Assembly (NCBI GenBank): GCA_051530055.1
Contig: CM121343.1
Span: 32,389 to 96,388, forward strand
Direction: 5' to 3'
Source of the DNA: Neoechinorhynchus agilis
Taxonomy: Eukaryota; Animalia; Acanthocephala
Length of the DNA stretch: 64,000 nt
Part shown: one piece after another, positions 61,038 through 64,000 of the stretch
How the letters are laid out: each line of letters begins with the position of its first letter
Numbering within the stretch: position 1 is the stretch's first letter
Translations under genes and position numbers: made by a program
Notes under the pieces: generated by a model
Databases searched by the model: none
Told to the model about the DNA's origin: nothing
Seen by the model: only the letters and a program-made list of their open reading frames with translations

Positions 61038-63010
61038 TCAAACATTAATATTTGGAAGCACTAAGGAATTTAGCGCATCAGAAAATGTCTTTAGAATTGG
61101 TTCGAGTTCTTTTTCCACGTATTTGGATACTTGCTCCGGTGCACGTCCGATGAATGTTTTTGGGTCAAGTAGTACATCCAGTTTCCCTTTAATGCAGCTG
61201 AAATATGGATCCGACTTGATCCTATCTATAAAATCATTCGAAAGCCCTTCGGTTTTTATCCGATTTGCACACTGCTGAGATATACGTCTAATTTGCTCAT
61301 GACATTCCTGGCGGTCTTTTCCGGCGGATACCATTGCACAAATGATGTTTTCACTGCACATAAATGGCATTTCATCTCTTAAGCGAGCTTCAATAATCTG
61401 ATTAAAATAAATTTCAGATAATTCATCGTTTCGAGAAGAAGGATGAAATCACCTTTGGGTTCACAACTAGTCCATCAAAAATACTATGCAGCGTTGTTAG
61501 GATGATATCAGCGGTCAAAAACGATTCCGGGATGGATATTCGACGATTAGCACTGTCATCAAGTGTTCTCTCCATCCATTGGACAGAATAAGTTTGGAAT
61601 GCATTGGCTCCGAGTGATATTAAGTGGCGTGCTAAACCACAGACGCGTTCGCATTTCATTGGATTTCGTTTGTAGGGCATCGCTGATGAACCTACATCGA
61701 AGCGTCGATGACAAATATTTGATTATAGCAATCCAATAAGCCAACAAACCGATCTGATCATCCTCAAAAGGCTCTTCAATTTCCTTTGTGCTTGCTAGTA
61801 ATCGAATATCCGTGCATATCTAATCAAACAGACAAAAATGGTCCTAGAAGGTCTAAAAGGACATTCGACCTTATGAGCCGTTGCACCAAAGCTCGCTAAT
61901 GTGGTGATTATATCTATATCCTTTTTCCTCGTATATGTCTGACCAGAAATAATGTAGCATCTATTTTTTCGTATAGCAAAATGAAGTGAGCTTTTCTCAA
62001 AATCATCGCAAACCTACTAAATCCAGCCATTTGACTGACCAATTTGTCGAGTCGTTCGACCTAATATATTCGTTTTGATGAGTGTTTTGAGTTAGAGTGC
62101 GAAACAATTCTGAAGAAGGCTAGCGGCCGAAAATTCAATTCGCCAATCCTACAATAAATGTGGAACTTATATTCAACTTACTTTTTCGTGGTCATTATCA
62201 AACAAATGTAGAAATGAGGCCTGAGTCCCTGTGGTTCCTTTGACTCCAAGGAATTTTAAAGAATCACGGACTCGTTGAAAGTTCTCTAGATCCGTTACAA
62301 GATCCTGGAGCCACATACAAAACCTTTTTCCAACCGTTGTTGGTTGAGCAGGCCTGCATCGAATCGTAACGAAAAATCAAGATCATCTTTGAGTTACATA
62401 CTGCATGTGAGTATATCCCAATGTTGGAACACATCGATAACTTACACTGAGGCATGCAAGTGTACGGATGCATTTAGCGAGCTTTTTGGATAGAAGCTGC
62501 AAAAAGAGTACAATAGGACCAAAAAAAGAACATACCTTCCTTAAAAGAATGTTAAAACCATCACGAATCGCCATTAGATCCTAAAAATGAATGTAACTCT
62601 ATCAAATAGTCCATTTTTGGGCTCACTCCGTTATCGACCACAAACGCTGAGGTGGCACCCAAGTGGATTATTGGAGCGGCTCTCGGACACGCCTTTGAAA
62701 ACACGGCAATGTGAGCCATCACATCATGCCTACGTTTCTGTTCTTCTACTCTAGCGGCTTCGAAATCAATATTAGTCAAATTTGATTCCATCTCAGCTAT
62801 CTGCTCGTCGCTAATTCGAACACCCAGTTGCTTTTCGGCCTTAGCTAACCAAAGCCATAACCGTCGCCAAGTAGAAAATTTCTGAGCATCACTGAAATTT
62901 CTTGACATTTCAGCGCTGCAGTACCGAGAAACTAAAGGAGTTCGATATTTCCATACTTCTTCGATCACTGCTGTATCCCTTTGATTTTCAACCATGGTAA
63001 AAGCACTCAT
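61038..63010 (-). CDS. ADSL: Adenylosuccinate lyase, multi-exon; an additional 5' exon is possible
   Basis: [60 protein letters not shown] and [11 protein letters not shown]; short GT-AG introns. Confidence 0.95.
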
Positions 63011-63269
63011 CCGAGTCTGAAAAAAAGATCAACACTATGAATTTACCACTCAGTCGAATTCTAAAAGACCTTTAAAGGAAAATCGTTTTCGAAGACATTC
63101 TATGATCTTACCAGTTCGAAGGACTTACCTCGTGGATATTCGGACAGCTTCCCCATTTCATCAAAAAATCCCCAACTCACTGATGCTACTCCGGAAGTCT
63201 TACAACTCACGATAATTTTGTCAAATGAAAAAGCGCCATGAGTTTAAATTTATTTGAACTCATGGATTA

Positions 63270-63590
63270 TTGGTGCTTAGATGGATTTCATTCGGCATTG
63301 AGCTTTTTGGTCGCAGGACCTCGAAGATGCAATCAATCACGAAATTTTTGTTCCATTCACATTATTCCGATAATCTGCTTTCGAAAACACGAATTGAACA
63401 CCTCGACAAAGTCTTTAATGGAAAAATCGTCAAAGTCTTAATATCCGAAATCGAAGGAGAATCGTAGGAATCTTATAAACCTCAAAATCTATCGCTCTCG
63501 GTCCAATCTTGGAAATGGATCCAGAAAGATTTATTACAGATCGCTCCACAAATTTACAGATGATGGAATTAATTTGAGAAACTTTTACTC
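63270..63590 (+). other. Possible 5' exons of an unidentified gene divergent from ADSL
   Basis: A 65-aa ORF could splice (GTAGG...CCAG) to KIYYRSLHKFTDDGINLRNFYSK, which is weakly TLDc-like; not verified. Confidence 0.25.
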
Positions 63591-64000
63591 GAAAGTATGA
63601 AAATTATAATATTTTGTTGCATTTTTTTGTTTGAAAAATAAATTTCTTATTTAAAGTCCTCGACTTGACATTGCTGATGTGTCACGGTCCCTCGAGATCT
63701 GGTCTCAGGGAAAGGAATTGTCCCGAACACCATTTCGCCGCGGCCACAGCTCCGTGAGTTTGCAATAGGGTTCGGCCCTGAGCCCATTCTTGTTCACGAT
63801 CGTAACGTCCTAGGAAATGCGGAAAGAGAAATGAACCCGCCATGGACGATTTGGTACTCACAGCCATGGACGCGCTCAGAAATTTGCTGGGGAACAGCGA
63901 TTAGAAGGCAAAGGATTGAGAATGAGCAGGCAAGGAACTCAGACCGAAAAGATCTTCAAATATTTGGGCAGCCTGTTGAACATGCAATGTGAGCTCGAAC

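Noticed and set aside
1-64000. tRNA, rRNA, snRNA, spliced-leader or telomeric repeats
   Set aside because: None recognised by eye; a covariance-model search would be needed to exclude divergent copies.

Overview
Eukaryotic, apparently metazoan, genomic DNA in the standard genetic code, with compact genes and very short introns (about 30-55 nt). The species cannot be identified from the sequence. Host genes: a RanBP1-domain protein (-), PEN-2 (+), SF1/BBP (+), a FUBP/KHSRP-like KH protein (-), a short filamin with only the C-terminal Ig repeats (+), UNG (+) and adenylosuccinate lyase (-). They are interspersed with many retroelement remnants: about nine CRE-like RLE non-LTR pieces, RTE, CR1/L2-like and Penelope-like. 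There are four satellite arrays (112 bp; 218/234 bp; 92/140 bp; 137/150 bp). Main observations: (1) four foldback elements whose two arms each carry a Penelope-type minimal hammerhead-like motif pointing outward; one fills a 222-nt UNG intron whose splice sites come from a target-site-like direct repeat, making it an introner-like candidate. (2) Two satellites are built from the 3' ends of non-LTR retrotransposons present in the same window. (3) The two AT-rich satellites share ordered motifs in inverted orientation. All alignments and folds were done by eye; no searches were run.
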